Of a stretch of DNA of 64,000 bases, positions 1-12,871 are shown piece after piece. Location: contig OZ024760.1 of NCBI GenBank assembly GCA_964016885.1, positions 248,001 to 312,000 of the forward strand. The letters are read 5' to 3'. This DNA comes from Eledone cirrhosa. Its lineage: Eukaryota. Within the stretch, counting starts at the first letter, position 1; each line of letters begins with the position of its first letter. Both the position numbers and the translations under genes were made by a program. Under the pieces are notes generated by a model, which was given only the letters and a program-made list of their open reading frames with translations, was not told where the DNA came from and ran no database searches.

Positions 1-3000
1 GTGTTAGTACTGTTGGTGGTGGTAGGGTGCTGTTGTTGTTGGTGTTAGTACTGTTGGTGGTGGTGGGGTGCTGTTGTTGTTGGTGTTAGTACTGTTGGTG
101 GTGGTGGGGTGCTGTTGTTGGTGTTAGTACTGTTGGTGGTGGTGGGGTGCTGTTGTTGGTGTTAGTACTGTTGGTGGTGGTGGGGTGCTGTTGTTGGTGT
201 TAGTACTGTTGGTGGTGGTGGGGTGCTGTTGTTGGTGTTAGTACTGTTGGTGGTGGTGGGGTGCTGTTGTTGTTGGTGTTAGTACTGTTGGTGGTGGTGG
301 GGTGCTGTTGTTGTTGGTGTTAGTACTGTTGGTGGTGGTGGGGTACTGTTGTTATTGGTGTTAGTACTGTTGGTGGTGGTGGGGTGCTGTTGTTGTTGGT
401 GTTAGTACTGTTGGTGGTGGTGGGGTGCTGTTGTTATTGGTGTTAGTACTGTTGGTGGTGGTGGGGTGCTGTTGTTGTTGGTGTTAGTACTGTTGGTGGT
501 GGTGGGGTGCTGTTGTTGTTGGTGTTAGTACTGTTGGTGGTGGTGGGGTACTGTTGTTATTGGTGTTAATACTGTTGGTGGTGGTGGGGTGCTGTTGTTG
601 TTGGTGTTAGTACTGTTGGTGGTGGTGGGGTGCTGTTGTTATTGGTGTTAATACTGTTGGTGGTGGTGGGGTGCTGTTGTTGTTGGTGTTAGTACTGTTG
701 GTGGTGGTGGGGTGCTGTTGTTGTTGGTGTTAGTACTGTTGGTGGTGGTGGGGTGCTGTTGTTGTTGGTGTTAGTACTGTTGGTGGTGGTGGGGTGCTGT
801 TGTTGTTGGTGTTAGTACTGTTGGTGGTGGTGGGGTGCTGTTGTTGTTGGTGTTAGTACAGTTGGTGGTGGTGGTGGTGCTGTTGTTTTTGGTGTTAGTA
901 CTGTTGGTGGTGGTGGGGTGCTGTTGTTGTTGGTGTTAGTACTGTTGGTGGTGGTGGGGTGCTGTTGTTGTTGGTGTTAGTACTGTTGGTGGTGGTGGGG
1001 TGCTGTTGTTGTTGGTGTTAATACTGTTGGTGGTGGTGGGGTGCTGTTGTTGTTGGTGTTAGTACTGTTGGTGGTGGTGGGGTGCTGTTGTTGTTGGTGT
1101 TAGTACTGTTGGTGGTGGTGGGGTACTGTTGTTATTGGTGTTAATACTGTTGGTGGTGGTGGGGTGCTGTTGTTGTTGGTGTTAGTACTGTTGGTGGTGG
1201 TGGGGTGCTGTTGTTGTTGGTGTTAGTACTGTTGGTGGTGTTGGGGTGCTGTTGTTGTTGGTGTTAGTACTGTTGGTGGTTGTGGGGTGCTGTTGTTGTT
1301 GGTGTTAGTACTGTTGGTGGTGGTGGGGTGCTGTTGTTGTTGGTGTTAGTACTGTTGGTGGTGGTGGGGTGCTGTTGTTATTGGTGTTAATACTGTTGGT
1401 GGTGGTGGGGTGCTGTTGTTGTTGGTGTTAGTACTGTTGGTGGTGGTGGGGTGCTGTTGTTGTTGGTGTTAGTACAGTTGGTGGTGGTGGTGGGGCTGTT
1501 GTTTTTGGTGTTAGTACTGTTGGTGGTGGTGGGGTGCTGTTGTTATTGGTGTTAGTACTGTTGGTGGTGGTGGGGTGCTGTTGTTGTTGTTGGTGTTAGT
1601 ACTGTTGGTGGTGGTGGGGTGCTGTTGTTGTTGTTGGTGTTAGTACTGTTGGTGGTGGTGGGGTGCTGTTGTTGTTGGTGTTAGTACTGTTGGTGGTGGT
1701 GGGGTGCTGTTGTTATTGGTGTTAGTACTGTTGGTGGTGGTGGGGTGCTGTTGTTGTTGGTGTTAGTACTGTTGGTGGTGGTGGGGTGCTGTTGTTGTTG
1801 TTGGTGTTAGTACTGTTGGTGGTGGTGGGGTGCTGTTGTTGTTGGTGTTAGTACTGTTGGTGGTGGTGGGGTGCTGTTGTTGTTGTTGGTGTTAGTACTG
1901 TTGGTGGTGGTGGGGTGCTGTTGTTGTTGGTGTTAGTACTGTTGGTGGTGGTGGGGTGCTGTTGTTGTTGTTGGTGTTAGTACTGTTGGTGGTGGTGGGG
2001 TGCTGTTGTTGTTGGTGTTAGTACTGTTGGTGGTGGTGGGGTGCTGTTGTTGTTGGTGTTAGTACTGTTGGTGGTGGTGGGGTGCTGTTGTTATTGGTGT
2101 TAGTACTGTTGGTGGTGGTGGGGTGCTGTTGTTGTTGGTGTTAGTACTGTTGGTGGTGGTGGGGTGCTGTTGTTGTTGGTGTTAGTACAGTTGGTGGTGG
2201 TGGTGGTGCTGTTGTTTTTGGTGTTAGTACTGTTGGTGGTGGTGGGGTGCTGTTGTTATTGGTGTTAATACTGTTGGTGGTGGTGGGGTGCTGTTGTTGT
2301 TGGTGTTAGTACTGTTGGTGGTGGTGGGGTGCTGTTGTTGTTGGTGTTAGTACTGTTGGTGGTGGTGGGGTGCTGTTGTTATTGGTGTTAATACTGTTGG
2401 TGGTGGTGGGGTGCTGTTGTTGTTGGTGTTAGTACTGTTGGTGGTGGTGGGGTGCTGTTGTTGTTGGTGTTAGTACTGTTGGTGGTGGTGGGGTGCTGTT
2501 GTTGTTGGTGTTAGTACTGTTGGTGGTGGTGGGGTGCTGTTGTTATTGGTGTTAATACTGTTGGTGGTGGTGGGGTGCTGTTGTTGTTGGTGTTAGTACT
2601 GTTGGTGGTGGTGGGGTGCTGTTGTTGTTGGTGTTAGTACAGTTGGTGGTGGTGGTGGTGCTGTTGTTTTTGGTGTTAGTACTGTTGGTGGTGGTGGGGT
2701 GCTGTTGTTATTGGTGTTAATACTGTTGGTGGTGGTGGGGTGCTGTTGTTGTTGGTGTTAGTACTGTTGGTGGTGGTGGGGTGCTGTTGTTGTTGGTGTT
2801 AGTACTGTTGGTGGTGGTGGGGTGCTGTTGTTATTGGTGTTAATACTGTTGGTGGTGGTGGGGTGCTGTTGTTGTTGGTGTTAGTACTGTTGGTGGTGGT
2901 GGGGTGCTGTTGTTGTTGGTGTTAGTACTGTTGGTGGTGGTGGGGTGCTGTTGTTGTTGGTGTTAGTACTGTTGGTGGTGGTGGGGTGCTGTTGTTGTTG

Positions 3001-6000
3001 GTGTTAGTACTGTTGGTGGTGGTGGGGTGCTGTTGTTGTTGGTGTTAGTACTGTTGGTGGTGGTGCTGTTGTTGTTGGTGTTAGTACTGTTGGTGGTGGT
3101 GGGGTGCTGTTGTTGTTGGTCTTTGTACTGTTGGTGGTGTTGAGGTGCTGTTGTTGTTGGTGTTAGTACTGTTGGTGGTGGTGCTGTTGTTGTTGGTGTT
3201 AGTACTGTTGTTGGTGGTGGTGGGGTGCTGTTGTTGTTGGTGTTAGTACTGTTGGTGGTGGTGGGGTGCTGTTGTTGTTGGTGTTAGTACTGTTGGTGGT
3301 GGTGGGGTGCAGTTGTTGTTGGTGTTAGTACTGTTGGTGGTGGTGGGGTGCTGTTGTTGTTGGTGTTAGTACTGTTGGTGGTGTTGGGGTGCTGTTGTTG
3401 TTGGTGTTAGTACTGTTGGTGGTGGTGGGGTGCTGTTGTTGTTGGTGTTAGTACTGTTGGTGGTGGTGGTGGTGCTGTTGTTGTTGGTGTTAGTACTGTT
3501 GGTGGTGTTGGGGTGCTGTTGTTGTTGGTGTTAGTACTGTTGGTGGTGGTGGGGTGCTGTTGTTGTTGGTGTTAGTACTGTTGGTGGTGGTGGGATGCTG
3601 TTGTTGTTGGTGTTAGTACTGTTGGTGGTGGTGGGGTGCTGTTGTTGTTGGTGTTAGTACTGTTGGTGGTGTTGGGGTGCTGTTGTTGTTGGTGTTAGTA
3701 CTGTTGGTGGTGGTGGGGTGCTGTTGTTGTTGGTGTTAGTACTGTTGGTGGTAGTGGGGTGCTGTTGTTGTTGGTGTTAGTACTGTTGGTGGTGGTGGGG
3801 TGCTGTTGTTGTTGGTGTTAGTACAGTTGGTGGTGGTGGTGGTGCTGTTGTTTTTGGTGTTAGTACTGTTGGTGGTGGTGGGGTGCTGTTGTTGTTGGTG
3901 TTAGTACTGTTGGTGGTGGTGGGGTGCTGTTGTTGTTGGTGTTAGTACTGTTGGTGGTGGTGGGGTGCTGTTGTTGTTGGTGTTAGTACTGTTGGTGGTG
4001 GTGCTGTTGTTGTTGGTGTTAGTACTGTTGGTGGTGGTGGGGTGCTGTTGTTGTTGGTCTTTGTACTGTTGGTGGTGTTGAGGTGCTGTTGTTGTTGGTG
4101 TTAGTACTGTTGGTGGTGGTGCTGTTGTTGTTGGTGTTAGTACTGTTGTTGGTGGTGGTGGGGTGCTGTTGTTGTTGGTGTTAGTACTGTTGGTGGTGGT
4201 GGGGTGCTGTTGTTGTTGGTGTTAGTACTGTTGGTGGTGGTGGGGTGCAGTTGTTGTTGGTGTTAGTACTGTTGGTGGTGGTGGGGTGCTGTTGTTGTTG
4301 GTGTTAGTACTGTTGGTGGTGTTGGGGTGCTGTTGTTGTTGGTGTTAGTACTGTTGGTGGTGGTGGGGTGCTGTTGTTGTTGGTGTTAGTACTGTTGGTG
4401 GTGGTGGTGGTGCTGTTGTTGTTGGTGTTAGTACTGTTGGTGGTGTTGGGGTGCTGTTGTTGTTGGTGTTAGTACTGTTGGTGGTGGTGGGGTGCTGTTG
4501 TTGTTGGTGTTAGTACTGTTGGTGGTGGTGGGATGCTGTTGTTGTTGGTGTTAGTACTGTTGGTGGTGGTGGGGTGCTGTTGTTGTTGGTGTTAGTACTG
4601 TTGGTGGTGTTGGGGTGCTGTTGTTGTTGGTGTTAGTACTGTTGGTGGTGGTGGGGTGCTGTTGTTGTTGGTGTTAGTACTGTTGGTGGTAGTGGGGTGC
4701 TGTTGTTGTTGGTGTTAGTACTGTTGGTGGTGGTGGGGTGCTGTTGTTGTTGGTGTTAGTACTGTTGGTGGTGGTGGAGTGCTGCTGTTGTTGGTGTTAG
4801 TACTGTTGGTGGTGGTGGAGTGCTGCTGTTGTTGGTGTTAGTACTGTTGGTGGTGTTGGGGTGATGTTGTTGGTGTTAGTACTGTTGGTGGTGGTGGGGT
4901 GCTGTTGTTGTTGGTGTTAGTACTGTTGGTGGTGGTGGAGTGCTGCTGTTGTTGGTGTTAGTACTGTTGGTGGTGTTGGGGTGATGTTGTTGGTGTTAGT
5001 ACTGTTGGTGGTGGTGGGGTGCTGTTGTTGTTGGTGTTAGTACTGTTGGTGGTGTTGGGGTGCTGTTGTTGTTGGTGTTAGTACTGTTGGTGGTGGTAGG
5101 GTGCTGTTGTTGTTGGTGTTAGTACTGTTGGTGGTGGTGGGGTGCTGTTGTTGTTGGTGTTAGTACTGTTGGTGGTGGTGGTGGTGCTGTTGTTGTTGGT
5201 GTTAGTACTGTTGGTGGTGGTGGGGTGCTGTTGTTGTTGGTGTTAGTACTGTTGGTGGTGGTGGGGTACTGTTGTTATTGGTGTTAATACTGTTGGTGGT
5301 GGTGGGGTGCTGTTGTTGTTGGTGTTAGTACTGTTGGTGGTGGTGGGGTGCTGTTGTTGGTGTTAGTACTGTTGGTGGTGGTGGGGTGCTGCTGTTGTTG
5401 GTGTTAGTACTGTTGGTGGTGGTGGGGTGCTGTTGTTGTTGGTGTTAGTACTGTTGGTGGTGGTGGTGGTGCTGTTGTTGTTGGTGTTAGTACTGTTGGT
5501 GGTGTTGGGGTGATGTTGTTGGTGTTAGTACTGTTGGTGGTGGTGGGGTGCTGTTGTTGTTGGTGTTAGTACTGTTGGTGGTGGTGGGGTGCTGTTGTTG
5601 TTGGTGTTAGTACTGTTGGTGGTGGTGGTGGTGCTGTTGTTGTTGGTGTTAGTACTGTTGGTGGTGGTGGGGGTGCTGTTGTTGTTGGTGTTAGTACTGT
5701 TGGTGGTGGTGGGATGCTGTTGTTGTTGGTGTTAGTACTGTTGGTGGTGGTAGGGTGCAGTTGTTGTTGTTGGTGTTAGTACTGTTGGTGGTGGTGGGGT
5801 GCTGTTGTTGTTGGTGTTAGTACTGTTGGTGGTGGTGGGGTGCTGTTGTTGTTGGTGTTAGTACTGTTGGTGGTGGTAGGGTGCTGTTGTTGTTGGTGTT
5901 AGTACTGTTGGTGGTGGTGGGGTGCTGTTGTTGTTGGTGTTAGTACTGTTGGTGGTGGTGGGGTGCTGTTGTTGGTGTTAGTACTGTTGGTGGTGGTGGG

Positions 6001-8262
6001 GTGCTGTTGTTGTTGGTGTTAGTACTGTTGGTGGTGGTGGGGTGCTGTTGTTGTTGGTGTTAGTACTGTTGGTGGTGGTGGGGTGCTGTTGTTGGTGTTA
6101 GTACTGTTGGTGGTGGTGGGGTGCTGTTGTTGGTGTTAGTACTGTTGGTGGTGGTGGGGTGCTGTTGTTGTTGGTGTTAGTACTGTTGGTGGTGGTGGGG
6201 TGCTGTTGTTGTTGGTGTTAGTACTGTTGGTGGTGGTGGTGGTGCTGTTGTTGTTGGTGTTAGTACTGTTGGTGGTGGTGGGGGTGCTGTTGTTGTTGGT
6301 GTTAGTACTGTTGGTGGTGGTGGGATGCTGTTGTTGTTGGTGTTAGTACTGTTGGTGGTGGTAGGGTGCAGTTGTTGTTGTTGGTGTTAGTACTGTTGGT
6401 GGTGGTGGGGTGCTGTTGTTGTTGGTGTTAGTACTGTTGGTGGTGGTGGGGTGCTGTTGTTGTTGGTGTTAGTACAGTTGGTGGTGGTGGTGGTGCTGTT
6501 GTTTTTGGTGTTAGTACTGTTGGTGGTGGTGGGGTGCTGTTGTTGTTGGTGTTAGTACTGTTGGTGGTGGTGGGGTGCTGTTGTTGTTGGTGTTAGTACT
6601 GTTGGTGGTGGTGGGGTGCTGTTGTTGTTGGTGTTAGTACTGTTGGTGGTGGTGCTGTTGTTGGTGGTGTTAGTACTGTTGGTGGTGGTGGGGTGCTGTT
6701 GTTGTTGGTCTTTGTACTGTTGGTGGTGTTGGGGTGCTGTTGTTGTTGGTGTTAGTACTGTTGGTGGTGGTGCTGTTGTTGTTGGTGTTAGTACTGTTGT
6801 TGGTGGTGGTGGGGTGCTGTTGTTGTTGGTGTTAGTACTGTTGGTGGTGGTGGGGTGCTGTTGTTGTTGGTGTTAGTACTGTTGGTGGTGGTGGGGTGCA
6901 GTTGTTGTTGGTGTTAGTACTGTTGGTGGTGGTGGGGTGCTGTTGTTGTTGGTGTTAGTACTGTTGGTGGTGTTGGGGTGCTGTTGTTGTTGGTGTTAGT
7001 ACTGTTGGTGGTGGTGGGGTGCTGTTGTTGTTGGTGTTAGTACTGTTGGTGGTGGTGGTGGTGCTGTTGTTGTTGGTGTTAGTACTGTTGGTGGTGTTGG
7101 GGTGCTGTTGTTGTTGGTGTTAGTACTGTTGGTGGTGGTGGGGTGCTGTTGTTGTTGGTGTTAGTACTGTTGGTGGTGGTGGGATGCTGTTGTTGTTGGT
7201 GTTAGTACTGTTGGTGGTGGTGGGGTGCTGTTGTTGTTGGTGTTAGTACTGTTGGTGGTGTTGGGGTGCTGTTGTTGTTGGTGTTAGTACTGTTGGTGGT
7301 GGTGGGGTGCTGTTGTTGTTGGTGTTAGTACTGTTGGTGGTGGTGGGATGCTGTTGTTGTTGTTGTTAGTACTGTTGGTGGTGGTGGGGTGCTGTTGTTG
7401 TTGGTGTTAGTACTGTTGGTGGTGGTGGTGGTGCTGTTGTTGTTGGTGTTAGTACTGTTGGTGGTGTTGGGGTGCTGTTGTTGTTGGTGTTAGTACTGTT
7501 GGTGGTGGTGGGGTGCTGTTGTTGTTGGTGTTAGTACTGTTGGTGGTGGTGGGATGCTGTTGTTGTTGGTGTTAGTACTGTTGGTGGTGGTGGGGTGCTG
7601 TTGTTGTTGGTGTTAGTACTGTTGGTGGTGTTGGGTTGCTGTTGTTGTTGGTGTTAGTACTGTTGGTGGTGGTGGGGTGCTGTTGTTGTTGGTGTTAGTA
7701 CTGTTGGTGGTGGTGGTGGTGCTGTTGTTGTTGGTGTTAGTACTGTTGGTGGTGTTGGTGTGCTGTTGTTGTTGGTGTTAGTACTGTTGGTGGTGGTGCT
7801 GTTGTTGTTGGTGTTAGTAGTGTTGGTGGTGGTGGTGGGGTGCTGTTGTTGTTGTTATTGTGAGTGCTGTTGGTGGTGGTGGGGTGATGTTGTTGTTGGT
7901 CTTTGTACTGTTGGTGGTGGTGGGGTGCTGTTGTTGTTGGTGTTAGTACTGTTGGTGGTGTTGGGGTGCTGTTGTTGTTGGTGTTAGTACTGTTGGTGGT
8001 GGTGCTGTTGTTGTTGGTGTTAGTAGTGTTGTTGGTGGTGGTGGGGTGCTGTTGTTGTTGTTATTGTGAGTGCTGTTGGTGGTGGTGGGGTGATGTTGTT
8101 GTTGGTCTTTGTACTGTTGGTGGTGGTGGGGTGCTGTTGTTGTTGGTGTTAGTACTGTTGGTGGTGGTGGGGTGCTGTTGTTGTTGGTGTTAGTACTGTT
8201 GGTGGTGGTGGTGCTGTTGTTGTTGGTGTTAGTACTGTTGGTGGTGGTGGTGTTGTTGTTGT
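1..8262. repeat. 41-bp GT-rich minisatellite, about 200 units (GGTGTTAGTACTGTTGGTGGTGGTGGGGTGCTGTTGTTGTT), running off the window start
   Basis: Tandem unit read directly, with +/-3-nt GTT/GGT slippage variants and degeneration near 7780-8262. Confidence 0.97.
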
Positions 8263-8329
8263 TGAATATGAACATGGTCATTGAAGATGCTAATTTCACA
8301 AAGTCTTTATACTTACAAACATACGCGTA

Positions 8330-9530
8330 CACACCCATATATATATATAAACACACACCCATATATATATATAAACACACACACCCATATATATATATAT
8401 ATAAACACACACACCCATATATATATATATATAAACACACACACCCATATATATATAAACACACACACCCATATATATATATAAACACACACACATATAT
8501 ACTTATATATATATATATAACACACACACACACGCACATATATACTTATATATATATATACACACACACATATATACTTATATATATATATATAAACACT
8601 CACATATACATATATACTTATATATATATATATATAAACACACACACATATATACTTATATATATATATAAACACACACACATATATACTTATATATATA
8701 TATAAACACACACATATATACTTATATATATATATAACACACACACATATATACTTTTATATATATATAAACACACACACATATATACTTATATATATAT
8801 ATAAACACACACACACATATATACATATATATAGATAAACACACACACATATATAGTTATATATATATATAAACACACACACATATATACTTATATATAT
8901 ATATAAACACACACACATATATACATATATATATATATATATAAACACACACACATATATACTTATATATATATATAAACACATACACACATATATACTT
9001 ATATATATATATAAACACACAAACACATATATACATATATATATATATCAACACACACACATATATACTTATATATATATATATATATATAAACACACAC
9101 ACACATATATACTTATATATATATATAAACACACACGCATATATACTTATATATATATAAACACACACACACATATATACTTATATATATATAAACACAC
9201 ACACATATATACATATATATATATATATATAAACACACACACATATATACTTATATATATATATAAACACACACACATATATACATATATATATATATAT
9301 AAACACACACACATATATACTTATATATATATATATATATATATAAACACAAACACACATATATACTTATATATATATATAAACACACACGCATATATAC
9401 TTATATATATATAAACACACACACACATATATACTTATGTATATATATATAAACACACACACATATATACATATATATATATAAACACACACACATATAT
9501 ACTTATATATATATAAACACATACACACAT
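8330..9530. repeat. Compound (TA)n/(CA)n minisatellite, unit ~TATATAAACACACACACATATATACT
   Basis: Read directly. It resumes at 10021-11070. Confidence 0.9.
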
Positions 9531-10020
9531 CTATCTCTCCTCCTCCTCTTTCTTCCCGTTTGACCTGTGAGTAATTCTTTTCTCTCACATTCTCGGCCAA
9601 GCTGGTCGGAATTTTTTCTCTCTCGTCTACGATTTCACAGAACTTATGTTTACCGAATTCGCAGACCAGACCCCTTCTTCCTCCCGTTAGACCTGTGCGA
9701 AATTCCTTCCTTGTTCACATTTCAACCAGGTTTGATGGTCTTTATTCTCTCGTTCACGATTTCACCGAACTTAAATTCATAGAAATCTGGGACTTGTCTC
9801 CTTCTTCCTCACTTTCTGTTGCCTCACCATTTTGTTTGTTTACCCTCGCGTCCCCTTTATTTACGTGTCCCAACGACTTTTTTTAGCCGTTGCTCGCACC
9901 AACCGGAGGTGTATGGTCTTTAAAGCGATGAAATGCCTATGATGGTTGGAAGATCACTGATGAAGGACAAACTTTTTTCATATGTAACCCATTTGCAACT
10001 CCGCAGCGCCCTTATTATCA
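9531..10020 (+). mobile_element. Interspersed repeat, probably a Penelope-like tail fragment; same family as 53711-54113
   Basis: 9753-10020 aligns by eye with 53843-54113. It contains CTGATGA and sits in a TA/CA array. Confidence 0.6.
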
Positions 10021-10530
10021 TACTTATATATATATATAAACACACACATATATACTTATATATATATAAACACACACATATATACTTATATATATATAAA
10101 CACACACACACATATATACTTATATATATATAAACACACACACACATATATACTTATATATATATATATAAACATACACACGTATATACATATATATATA
10201 TAAACACACACACATATATACTTATATATATATATAAACACATACACACATATATACTTATATACATATATAAACACACACACACATATATACATATATA
10301 TATATATAAACACACACACATATATACTTATATATATATAAACACACACATATACTTATATATATATATATATATAAACACACACACACACATATATACT
10401 TACATATATATATAAACACACACTCACATATACATATATATGTGTGTGTGTGTTTATATATATAAGTATATGAGTGTGTGTATATATACATAAGTATATA
10501 TGTGTGTATGTATATATATATATATATAAG

Positions 10531-10562
<32 letters not shown>

Positions 10563-10930
10563 AGTGTGTGTGTGTATATATATATATGTGTGTGTGTGTA
10601 TATATATATATATAAGTGTATATATATGTGTGTGTGTATGTATATATATATATATATTTGTATATATATGTATGTGTATATATGTATATATATGTGTATA
10701 TATATATGTATATATATATATATATATGTGTGTGTATTTATATATATGTGTGTTTGCGTGTGTGCAGACATACATACACACATATGTACATATGTGTGTA
10801 TCTGTTTATACATACAGATATTTATACGTTCATATATACACGCATATATATATATATATATATATACACATACATATACGTGTATAATATATCTATTCAC
10901 ACACACACACACTCGTATATATATATATAA

Positions 10931-10962
<32 letters not shown>

Positions 10963-12210
10963 GTATGCGTGTGTATATATATATATATGTATGCGTGTGT
11001 ATATATATATATGTATGCGTGTGTATATATATATACACACGCATACATACGTACACATATACATATATCAGTTTATCTGTCTGCATATTTCCGTTTTTGT
11101 TTAATTTAATTTGAGGGACTAAGACCCTGGATCTCTTGAGTGTGTGTGTGTAGGGGGGGGGGGGGGGTAGATTAGGGGCTTGGGTTAGCGATGGTGTGAG
11201 GGTGTAAGGGTGGCTACATAACGGTGTTGATTGTTCGGGTGCTGTCAGCAAAATGTCCTCCACAATCTTCTGACATCATAACCACGATCTATTATATTTA
11301 CCGGGGTACACCCAATGTGAAAACGAAAGTTCTGTGTGTCTTCGTGGTTGTGTGTGTGTGTTGGGGGTGGTGGTGGTGTGTGTGTGTGGGGGGGGGGGCA
11401 GGTTGTGGGGGGGGGCAGGTTGTGTGTGTGTGTGTGTGGGGGGTGTCTGTGTGTGTGTGGTGGTGGTTTTTGTGTCTGTGTGTGTGTGTGGGGGGGGGCA
11501 CTTGTGTGTGTGTGTATGTGTGTGGTGGTGTTTGTGTCTGTATGTGTGTGCGTGGGGGGAGCAGCTTGTGTCTCTGTGTGTGTGTGTGGTGGTGGTGGTG
11601 GGGGGGGGGGGGGGGTAGCTTGTGCGTGTGTGTGTGTGTGTGGTGGTGGTGTTTGTGTCTGTATGTGTGTGTGTCTGTGTGTGTGTGTGGTGGTGTTTGT
11701 GTTTGTATGTGTGTGTGTGTGTGTGTGTGTGGTGTTTGTGTATGTGTGTGCTTGGGAGGAGCGGATTGTGTCTGTATGTGTGTGTGTGTGGGGGGGGGGG
11801 GCTTGTGTCTGTGTGTGAGGTGAGGGTGGTGGTGGTTGTGTCAGTGTGTGTGTGTGTGTGTGTGTGTATTGGGGCTGCTGATGTTTGTGTCTTTTTTGAG
11901 AGTTTACATTTGTGTGTATGTGTCATTGTGTGTACATGTGTGTATCTGTGATTGTGTGTGTGTGTGATTGTGTGTGTCATTGTGTGTATGTGTGTGTAAG
12001 TATCATTATGTGTGTATGTGTGACTGTCTGTATATCTATGTGTGCATATATATGTATATTTGTGTGTGTGTCTTTGTGTATGTATGTGTGTATATCTATA
12101 TGTGTACATGTGTGTATATCTATATGTGTACATGTGTGTATATCTATATGTGTACATGTGTGTATATCTATATGTGTACATGTGTGTATATCTATATGTG
12201 TACATGTGTG
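10021..12210. repeat. (TA)n/(CA)n/(TG)n low-complexity region with poly-G tracts
   Basis: Read directly. There is a short unique island at about 11070-11345. Confidence 0.9.
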
Positions 12211-12234
12211 TATTAAAGTTTCAAAAGTTAAAAA

Positions 12235-12480
12235 TCTGTCCCGAGTCCGGAGGCTCATTATTGTCGGTGCTTATCTCGGTTTTCATTGGCGTTAAACTAC
12301 TGTAAGTACAAGCGACTCCCCTGGACAGGACGCCAGTCCATCGCTGGGTTAATTCCCATCAACTTGGGCTGAGCGGACTGGAAATGAAGTGTTTTGCCCA
12401 AGAACACAACGGACAATCTGGTTGTGAAATAATTGAACTCACGATATTATGACCACAAGTCCAATACCATAAACACTAGA
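12235..12480 (-). mobile_element. tRNA-derived SINE, family 2 (Meta/V-domain-like body)
   Basis: The minus strand shows a tRNA-like head, then GTGTTCTTGGGCAAAACACTT, GATGGACTGGCGTCCTGTCCAGGG and GAAAACCGAGATAAGC, motifs recalled from metazoan SINE central domains. Confidence 0.6.
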
Positions 12481-12520
12481 GCTTTGAAATCTCTCTTTCT
12501 CACACACACACACATATATC

Positions 12521-12567
12521 ATTCCAAAGCACTTTCGTCACAAATTCTCTGACCTCCTCAGTGCCAT
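12521..12567 (-). ncRNA. Degenerate minimal hammerhead ribozyme motif (Penelope type)
   Basis: Minus strand CTGAGGA-G-GTCA...TGAC-GAAA-GTGC-TT. Stem I is eroded. Homologous to the motif at 62430-62472. Confidence 0.5.
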
Positions 12568-12871
12568 TTCTATATTAAATATTTATACTCTGCTACGTAT
12601 TGAGTACCTTACTTATTGCGGTTACCCCCGATTGAACCCGGGATAAACTATCTATCTATCTATCTATCTTGATAGAGTAAGACACGCTTCACATCGGCTC
12701 CGCTATTCCATCGGGATTTACCCTTACTATTGTAAGTACCGGATAAATTTTTCAGTGCAACACATTTGGAACACTAACCCCTGTTTTTTAGGGAAACATT
12801 TTTGCATTTACCCCCTTTTTAGGGGGTAAAATAAATATCTATTTTTGCCGAAAAATTTCTTTCTTGGCAGC

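Noticed and set aside
1-8262. Telomeric repeat
   Set aside because: There is no TTAGGG array. The unit is 41 bp and chromosomal position is unknown.
9955-10020. Hammerhead at CTGATGAAGGAC (also near 54050)
   Set aside because: No properly placed GAAA or stem II partner could be found.
11220-11345. Unique island as a possible exon (minus NFRFHIGCTPVNIIDRGYDVRRLWRTFC)
   Set aside because: Too short, with no convincing splice context or recognisable homology.
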